DNA from: Nostoc sp. DedSLP01
Lineage (GTDB): Bacteria; Cyanobacteriota; Cyanobacteriia; Cyanobacteriales; Nostocaceae
Direction of reading: 5' to 3'
NCBI GenBank assembly: GCA_034530875.2
Contig: JAVRCJ020000001.1
Coordinates: 160,001-224,000, forward strand
Length of the DNA: 64,000 nt
In this document: one piece after another, positions 1 to 9,900 of the stretch
How the letters are laid out: each line of letters opens with the position of its first letter
Position numbering within the stretch: position 1 is the first letter of the stretch
Notes under the pieces: model-generated
The model's database searches: none
What the model was told of the DNA's origin: nothing
The model's input: the letters and a program-made list of their open reading frames with translations, nothing else
Program-made: the position numbers and the translations under genes

Positions 1-1
1 G

Positions 2-694
2 TCAGTAGTTTACCGGGTAACAACTAACAAGGGCGAGGAACTTTATATTGATAATCCCAGCCACTTGCCTAATCCTAACGAGCGCGAAAAAATTGAAGAA
101 CCCTACGTTCAAGTAGAAATGATTACGCCGGAAACCTACGTGGGTACGTTGATGGAGTTATCACAAAACAGACGCGGTATTTTCAAAGATATGAAATATC
201 TTACCCAAGGGCGAACCACACTTACGTATGAGATACCCTTGGCGGAAGTTGTCACCGACTTTTTTGACCAGATGAAATCGCGATCGCGCGGTTATGCCAG
301 CATGGAATATCACCTCATTGGTTACCGTGAAAATCCCCTGGTAAAGCTGGATATCATGATCAACGGCGATCCTGTGGATTCTTTAGCAATGATTGTCCAT
401 CGAGACAAAGCTTACAATGTCGGGCGATCGATGGCTGAAAAACTCAAAGAACTAATTCCCCGCCATCAATTTAAAGTGCCAATTCAAGCCTCTATTGGCA
501 CTAAAGTGATTGCCAGCGAACACATCCCTGCTTTGCGAAAAGACGTCCTAGCCAAGTGCTACGGTGGTGACATCAGCCGCAAGAAGAAACTTTTACAAAA
601 GCAGGCAAAAGGTAAAAAACGCATGAAATCCGTAGGTACGGTAGATGTACCCCAGGAAGCGTTTATGGCAGTACTGCGTTTGGATCAAAGCTAA
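2..694 (+). CDS. lepA: Elongation factor 4 (LepA), 3' part; gene starts upstream of the window
   Basis: Frame open from base 2 ([23 protein letters not shown]...); LepA C-terminal signature [31 protein letters not shown]. Confidence 0.97.
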   Translation, partial: SVVYRVTTNKGEELYIDNPSHLPNPNEREKIEEPYVQVEMITPETYVGTLMELSQNRRGIFKDMKYLTQGRTTLTYEIPLAEVVTDFFDQMKSRSRGYASMEYHLIGYRENPLVKLDIMINGDPVDSLAMIVHRDKAYNVGRSMAEKLKELIPRHQFKVPIQASIGTKVIASEHIPALRKDVLAKCYGGDISRKKKLLQKQAKGKKRMKSVGTVDVPQEAFMAVLRLDQS

Positions 695-1007
695 TTTAAT
701 TGTGTTTCATCCCTAGATTCCGATTGGCTGCTTGCGGCTATATCTGAACCTCTGCCAATAGCAGGTTAAACTGTAGAGGTTCGGGTTTGCTGCTGGCAGA
801 TTTTGTTTTTAGAACTTAGAGTTTTAAACGGATAAAACCTAGCTAGTTGAAATTGAGCAGAAGAGGACAAGTAAAGGAGATAAAATTACTTTTAGTTACT
901 TATCTTCTGCGAGAACTTGCTGTTAGCTCAACTGTTCTTCAATGTGCTTCTAATGCAGGATTTCTGGCATTAACAATTATACTTGATTGTAGAAATTCAT
1001 TCACATT

Positions 1008-3671
1008 ATGAATCGCAAGCAGGCCCAAGAAGAACTCTCTGAGGCAGAGCAGAATTATCGGATTTTGGTAGAACAAATTCCGGGCGTTGTTTATATTTCA
1101 CCAATCGATACCACTTCCAATGTCGCCTATATTAGTCCGCAACTAGAACAATTGTTAGGTATTGCCCCTGAAGATTGGGAGCCTGGTTTTTTCAAGAGTT
1201 GGTCAGATTATACTCATCCAGACGATCGCGATCGCCTTTGGCAAGCTGTCAACACTACAATCTCCACTGGAGAACCTTTGAACATCGAGTATCGGATGAT
1301 TAGGCGCGATGGTACGATAATTTGGGTACGAAACCAAGCCAATTTCATTGTCTGTGTTGATGGGCAAACTCAGCTACTCCAAGGTGTAGTATTTGAGATC
1401 GGCGAACGCAAGCAAGTGGAAGCAGCGCTACAACAAAGCGAAGCTCGTTATCGTGCTATTCTCGAAGACCAAACAGAAATGATTAGTCGAGGTTTGCCTG
1501 ATGGTACTGTGACTTATGTTAATGAAGCTTTCTGTAGATTCTTTGGACTCAAACGAGAAGAAATTATCGGCAATCACTACGAACCTATCGTGTTTGAGGA
1601 AGACCGAGAAGCTGTTGTTAACCTGGTAAATTCGATCGGCTTAGAAAATCCTGTTGTTAACTTTGAAAATCGGATTTTAGTTGACCGACAAGTGTATTGG
1701 ACGCAGTGGATTACGCGAGGTATATTTAACAGCCAAGGTAATCTTGTAGAACTGCAAGCGGTGGGACGAGATATTACTGGGCGCAAACAAATAGAAGAAG
1801 CCTTAAGAGAAAGCGAGCAAAAATTCCGTGCTATCTTCAACCAAACTATTCAGTTTATGGGATTGCTTCAGCCCAATGGAATTGTTTTAGAAGTTAATCA
1901 AACTGCGTTGGAGTTTGCGGGAATTACAAGAAAAGAAGCAGTCGGCAAGGTATTTTGGGAAACGAAATGGTGGACAATTTCTCCCGAGACGCAAGCACAA
2001 TTAAAAGTTGCGATCGCTGCTGCCGCAAATGGTGAATTTATTCGCTATCAAGTAGAGATTTGGGGTAGAGATAAGCAAGCGATCGCTATTGATTTCTCCT
2101 TACGTCCGATACTCGATACAACAGGGCGCGTGACACTAATTATTTCTGAGGGACGAGATATTAGTGAATGGCAAGCGGCCTTACGCGAACGCCACAAAGC
2201 TGAAGAAGCATTGCGTTCGAGTCAAGACTTTCTAGAAAAAGTTGCTAACACTGTACCGCATATTTTATATTTATTTGACCTGTTACAAGGAACAAGCGTT
2301 TATCTCAATCAGCAAAGTCTTAAAGTTTTAGGCTATTCTCCAGAAGAAATTTGTCAAGCAGATCCCGAATGGTTTATCAATTGCTTTCATCCAGACGACA
2401 GACACCTCTGCTATGAACTACCAACTCGCTTCGTTAATCTCAAAGACAATGAAGTTCTTTCCACTGAATACCAATTTCGGCACAAAAATGGCGAATGGCG
2501 CTGGATGAATACACGAGAAGTCGTGTTTGCCAGAGATGCTGATGGTAAGCCAACGCAGATTCTTGGCTCAGTTGAAGATATTCACGCTCGCAAACAAGCA
2601 GAAGAAGTCTTGCGACAACAAGCAACGGGGGAGAGGCTAATCACTCAAGTAACTCAACAGATTCGGCGATCGCTAAATTTGGATGAGGTGTTAGATACAA
2701 CGGTAAATAGTATTCGCGAGTGTTTGCGTTCGGATTGTGTAGCTATTTACCAATTAGGAGCTGACGGCAGTGGTTATTTTGTCGCCCAATCAATGCCTGA
2801 TGGCTATCCTCAGCAATTAAAACAGACAATTCTGCCATTTTGCATTAAAGGCAATTTCAGCCATTATCACCAGGGTTTACCCACAATTTTGCATGATATT
2901 CAGCAGTCAGATGTTTCAGCCGATGTTTTTGAGTTATTGCAACTTTATCAGGTGAAAGCTGCGATGATAGTGCCGATTTTAAATGGCGAAAATCTGTGGG
3001 GTTTGCTCATTACCTACCAGTGCGCTACGCCTCGTCATTGGCAGCCATTTGAAGTTAATTTGTTGCAGCAATTAGCTTCTCAGGTGGCGATCGCCATTCA
3101 TCAATCATTACTCTACCAGCAGCTACAAGCCGCCAACGAAGAACTACAAAGATTGGCTACCTTAGATGGCTTGACTCAAATACCCAATCGCCGCCGTTTT
3201 GATGAATATCTTGAAACTGAATGGCATCGACTCAAACGCGAGAAAATACCACTGTCGTTAATTTTGTTCGATGTTGATTTTTTTAAACTCTACAATGACA
3301 CCTACGGCCATTTAGCAGGAGACGATTGTTTACAAAAAGTTGCAAGTGTCTTATTAAGTGTTATTAAGCGTCCCGCTGATTTAGTAGCCCGTTATGGCGG
3401 AGAAGAATTTGCTGTAATTTTGCCAAATACAGAGATTAAAGGCGCGATTTATATAGGGCAAGCAATTCGACAAGCAGTACATGACTTAGCGATTCCCCAT
3501 GCCCAGTCTAGTGTGTCTGACTATGTAACTGTCAGTCTCGGCGTTGTCAGCACAGTCCCAGATTCCGAAATGTCTCCACAAGACTTGATTAGCGCAGCAG
3601 ACAAAGCATTATATATAGCTAAACAGCAAGGACGCGATCGAGTTCGTGCTGTTTGCTGTTCGCCTCTTTAG
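1008..3671 (+). CDS. Multi-PAS/PAC + GAF + GGDEF diguanylate cyclase
   Basis: Four PAS/PAC units (HPDD, RDITGRKQIEEAL-type linkers), phytochrome-like GAF (IRRSLNLDEVLDTTV...LWGLL), DGLTQIPNRRRF, RPAD I-site and GGEEF active site. Confidence 0.92.
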   Translation: MNRKQAQEELSEAEQNYRILVEQIPGVVYISPIDTTSNVAYISPQLEQLLGIAPEDWEPGFFKSWSDYTHPDDRDRLWQAVNTTISTGEPLNIEYRMIRRDGTIIWVRNQANFIVCVDGQTQLLQGVVFEIGERKQVEAALQQSEARYRAILEDQTEMISRGLPDGTVTYVNEAFCRFFGLKREEIIGNHYEPIVFEEDREAVVNLVNSIGLENPVVNFENRILVDRQVYWTQWITRGIFNSQGNLVELQAVGRDITGRKQIEEALRESEQKFRAIFNQTIQFMGLLQPNGIVLEVNQTALEFAGITRKEAVGKVFWETKWWTISPETQAQLKVAIAAAANGEFIRYQVEIWGRDKQAIAIDFSLRPILDTTGRVTLIISEGRDISEWQAALRERHKAEEALRSSQDFLEKVANTVPHILYLFDLLQGTSVYLNQQSLKVLGYSPEEICQADPEWFINCFHPDDRHLCYELPTRFVNLKDNEVLSTEYQFRHKNGEWRWMNTREVVFARDADGKPTQILGSVEDIHARKQAEEVLRQQATGERLITQVTQQIRRSLNLDEVLDTTVNSIRECLRSDCVAIYQLGADGSGYFVAQSMPDGYPQQLKQTILPFCIKGNFSHYHQGLPTILHDIQQSDVSADVFELLQLYQVKAAMIVPILNGENLWGLLITYQCATPRHWQPFEVNLLQQLASQVAIAIHQSLLYQQLQAANEELQRLATLDGLTQIPNRRRFDEYLETEWHRLKREKIPLSLILFDVDFFKLYNDTYGHLAGDDCLQKVASVLLSVIKRPADLVARYGGEEFAVILPNTEIKGAIYIGQAIRQAVHDLAIPHAQSSVSDYVTVSLGVVSTVPDSEMSPQDLISAADKALYIAKQQGRDRVRAVCCSPL

Positions 3672-3684
3672 TAGGTATGGGGCA

Positions 3685-3772
3685 GGGGAGATGGGGAGAT
3701 GGGGAGATGGGGAGATGGGGAGATGGGGAGATGGGGAGATGGGGAGATGGGGAGATGGGGAGATGGGGAGAT
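3685..3772 (+). repeat. Tandem octamer array (GGGGAGAT)x11, followed by degenerate copies and a C-rich tract at ~3816-3860
   Basis: Directly visible perfect 8-bp repeats just after the diguanylate cyclase stop. Confidence 0.95.
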
Positions 3773-4035
3773 GGGGAGCAGGGGAGCAGAGGAGAGTTAT
3801 TGTACAAGTTCTTTCTTCCCTGCCCCTTTGCCCCCTCTGCCTCTCTGCCCCTCTGCTCCTGAAATGCAGGTCTTATATCCCTAGCCCATAGTTCATATCC
3901 TTTGGTAAGCTTTAACAAAATAACTATTAAAAAATCTAAAAATTTGAGTAAATGCACTCAATAGAATTGGCAGGCTGAGATTTTTAGATAAGTCTAGTTT
4001 TTTAGATATTTGTAAAGTTTCGGGGAATCTAGCAG

Positions 4036-5223
4036 ATGAAGATACTGGTACTGAGTTGGGAGTTTCCACCCAGGATAGTTGGAGGAATTGCGCGTCATGT
4101 AGCTGAGTTGTACCCCGAACTGGTAAAGCTAGGGCATGAAGTCCATTTGATTACAGTGGAATTTGGTCAGGCATCGATGTATGAGGTGGTGGAGGGAGTA
4201 AAGATACATCGAGTGCCGGTGGGATATAGTCATGACTTTTTTCACTGGATAGCGAATCTTAACGAAAGCATGGGACATCATGGCGGGAAGTTAATTTTGG
4301 AGGAAGGCCCGTTTGATTTAATACATGCTCATGATTGGTTAGTGGGAGACGCAGCGATCGCCCTCAAGCATAATTTTAAAATACCATTAATCGCCACAAT
4401 TCACGCTACAGAATACGGACGTTATAACGGTATTCATACTGATACGCAACGTTATATTAATGGTAAAGAAACCTTACTGGCTTATAACGCTTGGCGGATT
4501 ATTGTTTGTAGCAACTATATGCGAGGGGAAGTAGAACGAGCGCTACACAGCCCTTGGGACAAAATTGATGTTATTTATAACGGTATCCGAGCCGAAAAGA
4601 AACGCCATCACGAAGATTTTCATGCTCTGGATTTTCGCCGCCAATTTGCCAGCGATGACGAGAAAATCGTTTACTACCTCGGTCGCATGACTTATGAAAA
4701 AGGCGTACCTATCTTGTTGAATGCTGCACCCAAAATACTTTGGGAAATGGGCGGTAAAGTTAAATTTGCGATCGTTGGTGGTGGAAATACCGACCATCTC
4801 AAACGCCAAGCTTGGGATTTGGGAATTTGGCACAAGTGCTATTTTACTGGTTTTCTCTCAGATGACTACTTAGATAAATTTCAAACTGTTGCTGATTGTG
4901 CCGTATTTCCCAGCCTTTACGAACCCTTTGGCATCGTGGCTTTAGAAAGCTTTGCTTCGCGCGTCCCCGTAGTTGTTTCTGATACAGGCGGTTTTCCGGA
5001 AGTCGTGCAGCATACTAAAACAGGGATTGTCACTTGGGTAAATAATGCCGATTCTTTAGCTTGGGGAATTCTGGAAGTGTTGAGAAATCCAGATTATCGG
5101 CAATGGCTGGTGGATAATGCTTATGAAGATTTAGAAAGGCGCTTTAGCTGGCCGAAATTAGCCAAGCAAACCGAAGACGTTTATCGGCGAGTCGTGCAAG
5201 AGCGATCGCAAGTTCCCTGGTAA
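4036..5223 (+). CDS. Glycosyltransferase family 4 (GT-B)
   Basis: MKILVLSWEFPP..GG, HAHDW, PSLYEPFGIVALES motifs. Confidence 0.93.
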   Translation: MKILVLSWEFPPRIVGGIARHVAELYPELVKLGHEVHLITVEFGQASMYEVVEGVKIHRVPVGYSHDFFHWIANLNESMGHHGGKLILEEGPFDLIHAHDWLVGDAAIALKHNFKIPLIATIHATEYGRYNGIHTDTQRYINGKETLLAYNAWRIIVCSNYMRGEVERALHSPWDKIDVIYNGIRAEKKRHHEDFHALDFRRQFASDDEKIVYYLGRMTYEKGVPILLNAAPKILWEMGGKVKFAIVGGGNTDHLKRQAWDLGIWHKCYFTGFLSDDYLDKFQTVADCAVFPSLYEPFGIVALESFASRVPVVVSDTGGFPEVVQHTKTGIVTWVNNADSLAWGILEVLRNPDYRQWLVDNAYEDLERRFSWPKLAKQTEDVYRRVVQERSQVPW

Positions 5224-5246
5224 CGATATCCTGAGTTAGAAGTTAG

Positions 5247-5274
5247 GTACAGACGGGATTAATCGCGTCTGTAC
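5247..5274. repeat. REP-like palindrome GTACAGACGGGATTAATCGCGTCTGTAC (possible terminator role)
   Basis: Near-perfect inverted repeat downstream of GT4; relatives at 39838, 48371 and 53238. Confidence 0.75.
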
Positions 5275-5907
5275 GATTACTACAGCAATAATAGGTATGT
5301 TTTTCGTTTCTAATTGCTGGCAACGATGGCGAAAAGATTCACAGATAAAATAATTTAATCAGCGCTATTAGTTATTTTTAATAGTCGGTAAATATTCGCA
5401 GCAATTATATAAAATTTAGATACATAAATACTTTCAACTCTGTTTAAAATTCCCTGGTATATCTAAACAGCTATAACTAATACTTAATTTATTTTAGTTT
5501 TTATTATGGAAAAGTTAACCGCTACAAATAATGTGGAGATTTTGACAAATTAATACCAACTCCAATAATCTTTGTAATACATCTATTGTCAGTAGGGATG
5601 CACAGTTATGCCATCATATCTACTGTAGTTGTCACATTCTTTTTTCAAATTGCGATCGCCCAGAGAATAAATGATTACTCTGCATTATTTTGCATGAAAA
5701 AACAGTACAAGTCCTGTACGCTGGAATTTAAAGTTATGTAATGCCAAAGTTAAGCTAATGCGCGTCTAAATTGCTTCAAATTGTCCTTGGTCATGTGTCG
5801 TTTATAAAGGCAAATGGTGGATGACTAAGGACAACATTCATCAGTAAACGAGCAATTCAAATGCGTAACAGCTTAGCAATACTTGGAATTTGCATCAGAA
5901 CTTTAGT

Positions 5908-6954
5908 ATGACAAAGGCATTCCCAAACATAGCAAGCCGCTTGAAGGGTAGAGCGATCGAGTTGTTTAAAATGGGAATCTTCCTTATAGCCCGTTTTATA
6001 GCAAGCTGGAAACGTTATTTCTTAGGCGACACTGTTGAGGTTCGCCCCTCTCCCTCTTTCGATGTCCGTCCTCCCTCCTTAGCTGGCCCGGTTTTGAGCT
6101 TGGGTGGCGGAGGCCCTGATGTGGAGGACGCTATTGAGTGGATGATTAATGAAGTTAGAGGAGGCACTAACTCTAGCACGAAAGTGAATGTTGTTGTCAT
6201 CCGCACTTATGGCAATCACGATTACAATCGCGTGATTTCTGCTATGAGAGGCGTTAAGTCAGTAGAAACTTTAATTGTTAGCAATCGGCAAGAAGCAAAC
6301 AAAACTGAGATTGTTCAAAAAGTCAGAAATGCTGATGTGATTTTCTTTGCTGGTGGCGACCAATGTCAATACATTCGCAGTTGGAAAGACACAAAGTTAG
6401 AAGCTGCTGTGAAGTCAGTTTATCTTAAAGGAGGTGGTATTGGTGGCACTAGTGCAGGTGCGATGATCCAAAGTGAATGTGTCTACGATGCTTGCGCTTC
6501 TTCCGAGAAAGGTATTGAAACTAGAGATGCACTCGAAGATCCTTATCGAGACATTACTTTTACTTACAACTTTTTTAACTGGAACTATTTGAAAGGAACC
6601 ATTGTAGATACACACTTCGACAGACGGGAAAGAATGGGCCGAATTATGGCTTTTATTGCCCGTCAAATTAAAGACGGTGTATCTAGTAGTGTTTTGGGTA
6701 TTGCAATTAGTGAAAGTACATCGGTTGTTATCGATAAATATGGTCTGGTAAAAGTTCTAGGTAGAGGTGCAGCATACTTTGTACTAGGCGATCGCATTCC
6801 GGAAGTATGCGAACCGCGATCGCCTTTGACGTTTTCCAACTTCAAGATTTGGAGAGTTCCTCGTGGTGATACCTTCAATCTGAGAAACAGGCCGACATCA
6901 GGATACTATCTCAGGAGTGTTAAAAGAGGACGGATTGATTCAAATCCCTATTAA
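5908..6954 (+). CDS. Cyanophycinase-like peptidase (S51 family)
   Basis: FAGGDQ, nucleophile GTSAG and DTHF..RERMGR motifs; ATG at 5908 preferred over TTG at 5890 but start uncertain. Confidence 0.8.
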   Translation: MTKAFPNIASRLKGRAIELFKMGIFLIARFIASWKRYFLGDTVEVRPSPSFDVRPPSLAGPVLSLGGGGPDVEDAIEWMINEVRGGTNSSTKVNVVVIRTYGNHDYNRVISAMRGVKSVETLIVSNRQEANKTEIVQKVRNADVIFFAGGDQCQYIRSWKDTKLEAAVKSVYLKGGGIGGTSAGAMIQSECVYDACASSEKGIETRDALEDPYRDITFTYNFFNWNYLKGTIVDTHFDRRERMGRIMAFIARQIKDGVSSSVLGIAISESTSVVIDKYGLVKVLGRGAAYFVLGDRIPEVCEPRSPLTFSNFKIWRVPRGDTFNLRNRPTSGYYLRSVKRGRIDSNPY

Positions 6955-6990
6955 ATCGTAACTGGGGACTGGTAACTGGGGAGTTAGAAG

Positions 6991-9900
6991 TTATTGATGA
7001 ATAGGTATTTGGATTGAAAACTCAGTACCTTGATTGGGTGTTGAAAGACAATTTAACTTTCCACCATGTTTTTCTGTAATAATTTGATAACTGATAGACA
7101 TCCCCATTCCAGTTCCATTACCAATAGGTTTAGTGGTAAAGAATGGATTCAACATCTGTTTTTGTACTTTATCAGTCATTCCGATACCGTTATCTGCAAT
7201 TGCAATTTCGATCCAATTAGTATCGATGACTGAGGTACGAACAATAATTTTGCCAGGGTTTGCGTGTATTTCTTTACAAGAGCGCATCCTATTTTTTGCT
7301 TCTATTGCATCAATGGCATTTTGAAAAATATTCATAAATGCCTGATTTAATTGTCCTGCATAACATTGTATTAAAGGTAATTTGCCATAGTTTTTGATAA
7401 TTTGAATATCTGGGTATTCCGCTTGTCCTTTGAGGCGATGTTGTAAAATTAACAGCGTACTTTCTATACCTTTGTGAATATCAACTTTTTTAAATTCGGC
7501 TTCATCAATGCGAGAAAAAGTCCGCAGTGATAAAACAATTTCACTGATGCGCTCGGTACCCACTCTCATAGATTGGAGAGTTTTTGGTAAATCTGTTTGA
7601 ATAAACTCTAAATCAAGTTCATTCAAGAAGTCTTGAATTTCTGGGCGATCTAAATTGTGTTGTTGATACAGGTTCGTCAACTGCAATAAATTTTGTACGT
7701 ATTGTTCTACATAGCTAATATTGCCATAAATGAAACTGACCGGGTTATTAATTTCATGTGCTATACCTGCTACCATCTGTCCCAATGCAGACATTTTTTC
7801 ACTTTGTAACATCTGAAGTTGGGTACGATGTAATTCTTCTAATGTATTTTGCAATTGGTTATTTTTTTCACTCAATTCTTGGGTGCGTTCTTTAACTTTG
7901 TCTTCTAGTACGAGAAAAGCTTGTTCTAAAGCTGTGTATAGACGAGAATTTTCTAAAGATATTGCTGCTTGAGAAACTAATAAATTCAAAACCTTTAATT
8001 TATCAGTTGTAAATGCTCCTATAGTCAGGTTATTTTCTAAATATAGTATGCCAATCAATTCACCTTGCTGCATAATAGGCATACACAATATACTCTGAGG
8101 TTTTTGCTGCTGAATATATGGATCGGCGCTATATTGATTTTGTGTATTTATATTTTTAATAACCAATGTATCTAAAGTATTTTTAACATAGTTAATAATG
8201 CTATGAGGAACATCATTACTATCTTGTAAAGGAATAGATTGTAAAATAAAACTTTGATTTTCTTCGAGATTAGCAATTGCTTCGATCGCTAAAGAATTGT
8301 CTCGTAATAGCATTAATGCAGATTTAGTAGCACCTGCGCTTTCGATAACAATCTGCATAATCTGAAAAAGTAATTTTTCCAGCTTAATTTCACTTGAGAT
8401 TGCTTGTGATGCCTTGAGAATTCCTGTTAAATCGAGAAATGATGAGTTATTTATGGTAGTTGAATGAATGGTGCGTGTAGAATTCAAGCCCAAGGTTTCA
8501 TTAGTTGGAATGGGATTGCATTCCTGTTGCAGGATGGGAGTAAGTAATTGGGGATAATGTTTTTCTAAGTCTGCTATTTTGGCTGAACTGCCCCAACGGG
8601 TATAGCAGTAATAAGCTTCCTGCATATAGACTGCGGCAATTTTTTCTTTGCCCCATTCGAGATAGAATTTTGCTGCAAGTTCATTTGCTAATGCTTCTTC
8701 GTTAACATATTCGTTTGCCCTAGCAAGTTTGATGGCGCGATCGTAATTTTCTGTGGCAGCGGTTTTCTGACCTAAAACTCGACACTTTTCTGCTTCTACC
8801 AAATGAAACTTATGTAAATGATTCATCGGGGCATGTTCTGCCCATTTTTTGAGTTTTTTCTGGTTTGCTATTACACGCTTGAGAATTCGTTTTTTGTCTG
8901 GAGAAGAAGCTTGGCTAGCCAATGCTAAAGAAGTCAATGAATCGTAAAAATAGAAAATAACTGATGTGACTAAACCGACACCTGCTTCTAAATTCTGTCG
9001 GGCTTTTTCTAGAATTTCGGCTCCATACTTGAAATCTGTAAATAAGTAACTCAAAATTGCCTGATTCACATAAACAATAAATAGTGCCCCTTTGTCGTTG
9101 TTTGCTTGTTGCTGCGGCTCCATACGGCTGAGGGAATACAAATCGCCTTCAAGTCGAGATGGTTGAGTTGATTTGCCCAGTAGGTTTAGCACTGTTTGAT
9201 AGTAAATATTGTGAGATTGCAGTGCTGTTTCTTGGTTAAGTTGAGTAATTGCTTGTTGATAAAACTCAAATTGTGGCTCCATATCTGCCAGATTTGTGCC
9301 AATAAAATAGCTATGAGCGCAGTAACCAAAAACTGACCAAGCTGCAAATTCTTTATCTCCGCTATCTAATCCTGCTTGGTAACTTTCTAATAATGGTTTT
9401 AGGGTTTCTTGAATATGCTTTTGCCAAGGATGAATAAAGCAGTAAACAGCATTGACGACGCTGGCTTTAATTTCCTTAGCATCAAATTTTTCTACCAGCC
9501 TGAGTGCTAATTCACCAAATTGATAGCCGGATTTAATATCGCCGACAAAACCACAAAGAATGACTCCATACCATGTATAAAAATATGCAGATAAATTAGT
9601 ATTGCCATATTTGGCAAATAAGCAGATTGCACGAAAAATTAGCAATGGTAATAAATTGGGTGCGCCATTAAAGGCAGCTGATATAGTTTTTGACAACACT
9701 TGAGTCACAATGATTTTATCTGGTGCTGTCATCATGGGTAATGCTTCTAGAGATGCGATCGCTTTACCCATTAATGCCAGTTTAGTTTCTATTAAGCCCA
9801 GTAAAATCTTTGTTGTAGTCGGCTTTTGAGGGAATTTGATCCCAAATTTTTCGATCGCTATTAAAGCAATTTTCACTGCTTCTACAGCTTGTCCTTGAAA

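Noticed and set aside
3619..3957. ORFs 3619-3957, 3646-3891, 3653-3862 and 3699-3884 with GRWGDGEM/PHLPISPS repeats
   Set aside because: Translations of the stop-free octamer array, not genes.
5553..5660. Degenerate inverted-repeat elements at ~5553-5652, ~16730-16817 and ~60283-60368
   Set aside because: They resemble decayed MITE-like repeats, but the ends are too degenerate to support from this window alone.
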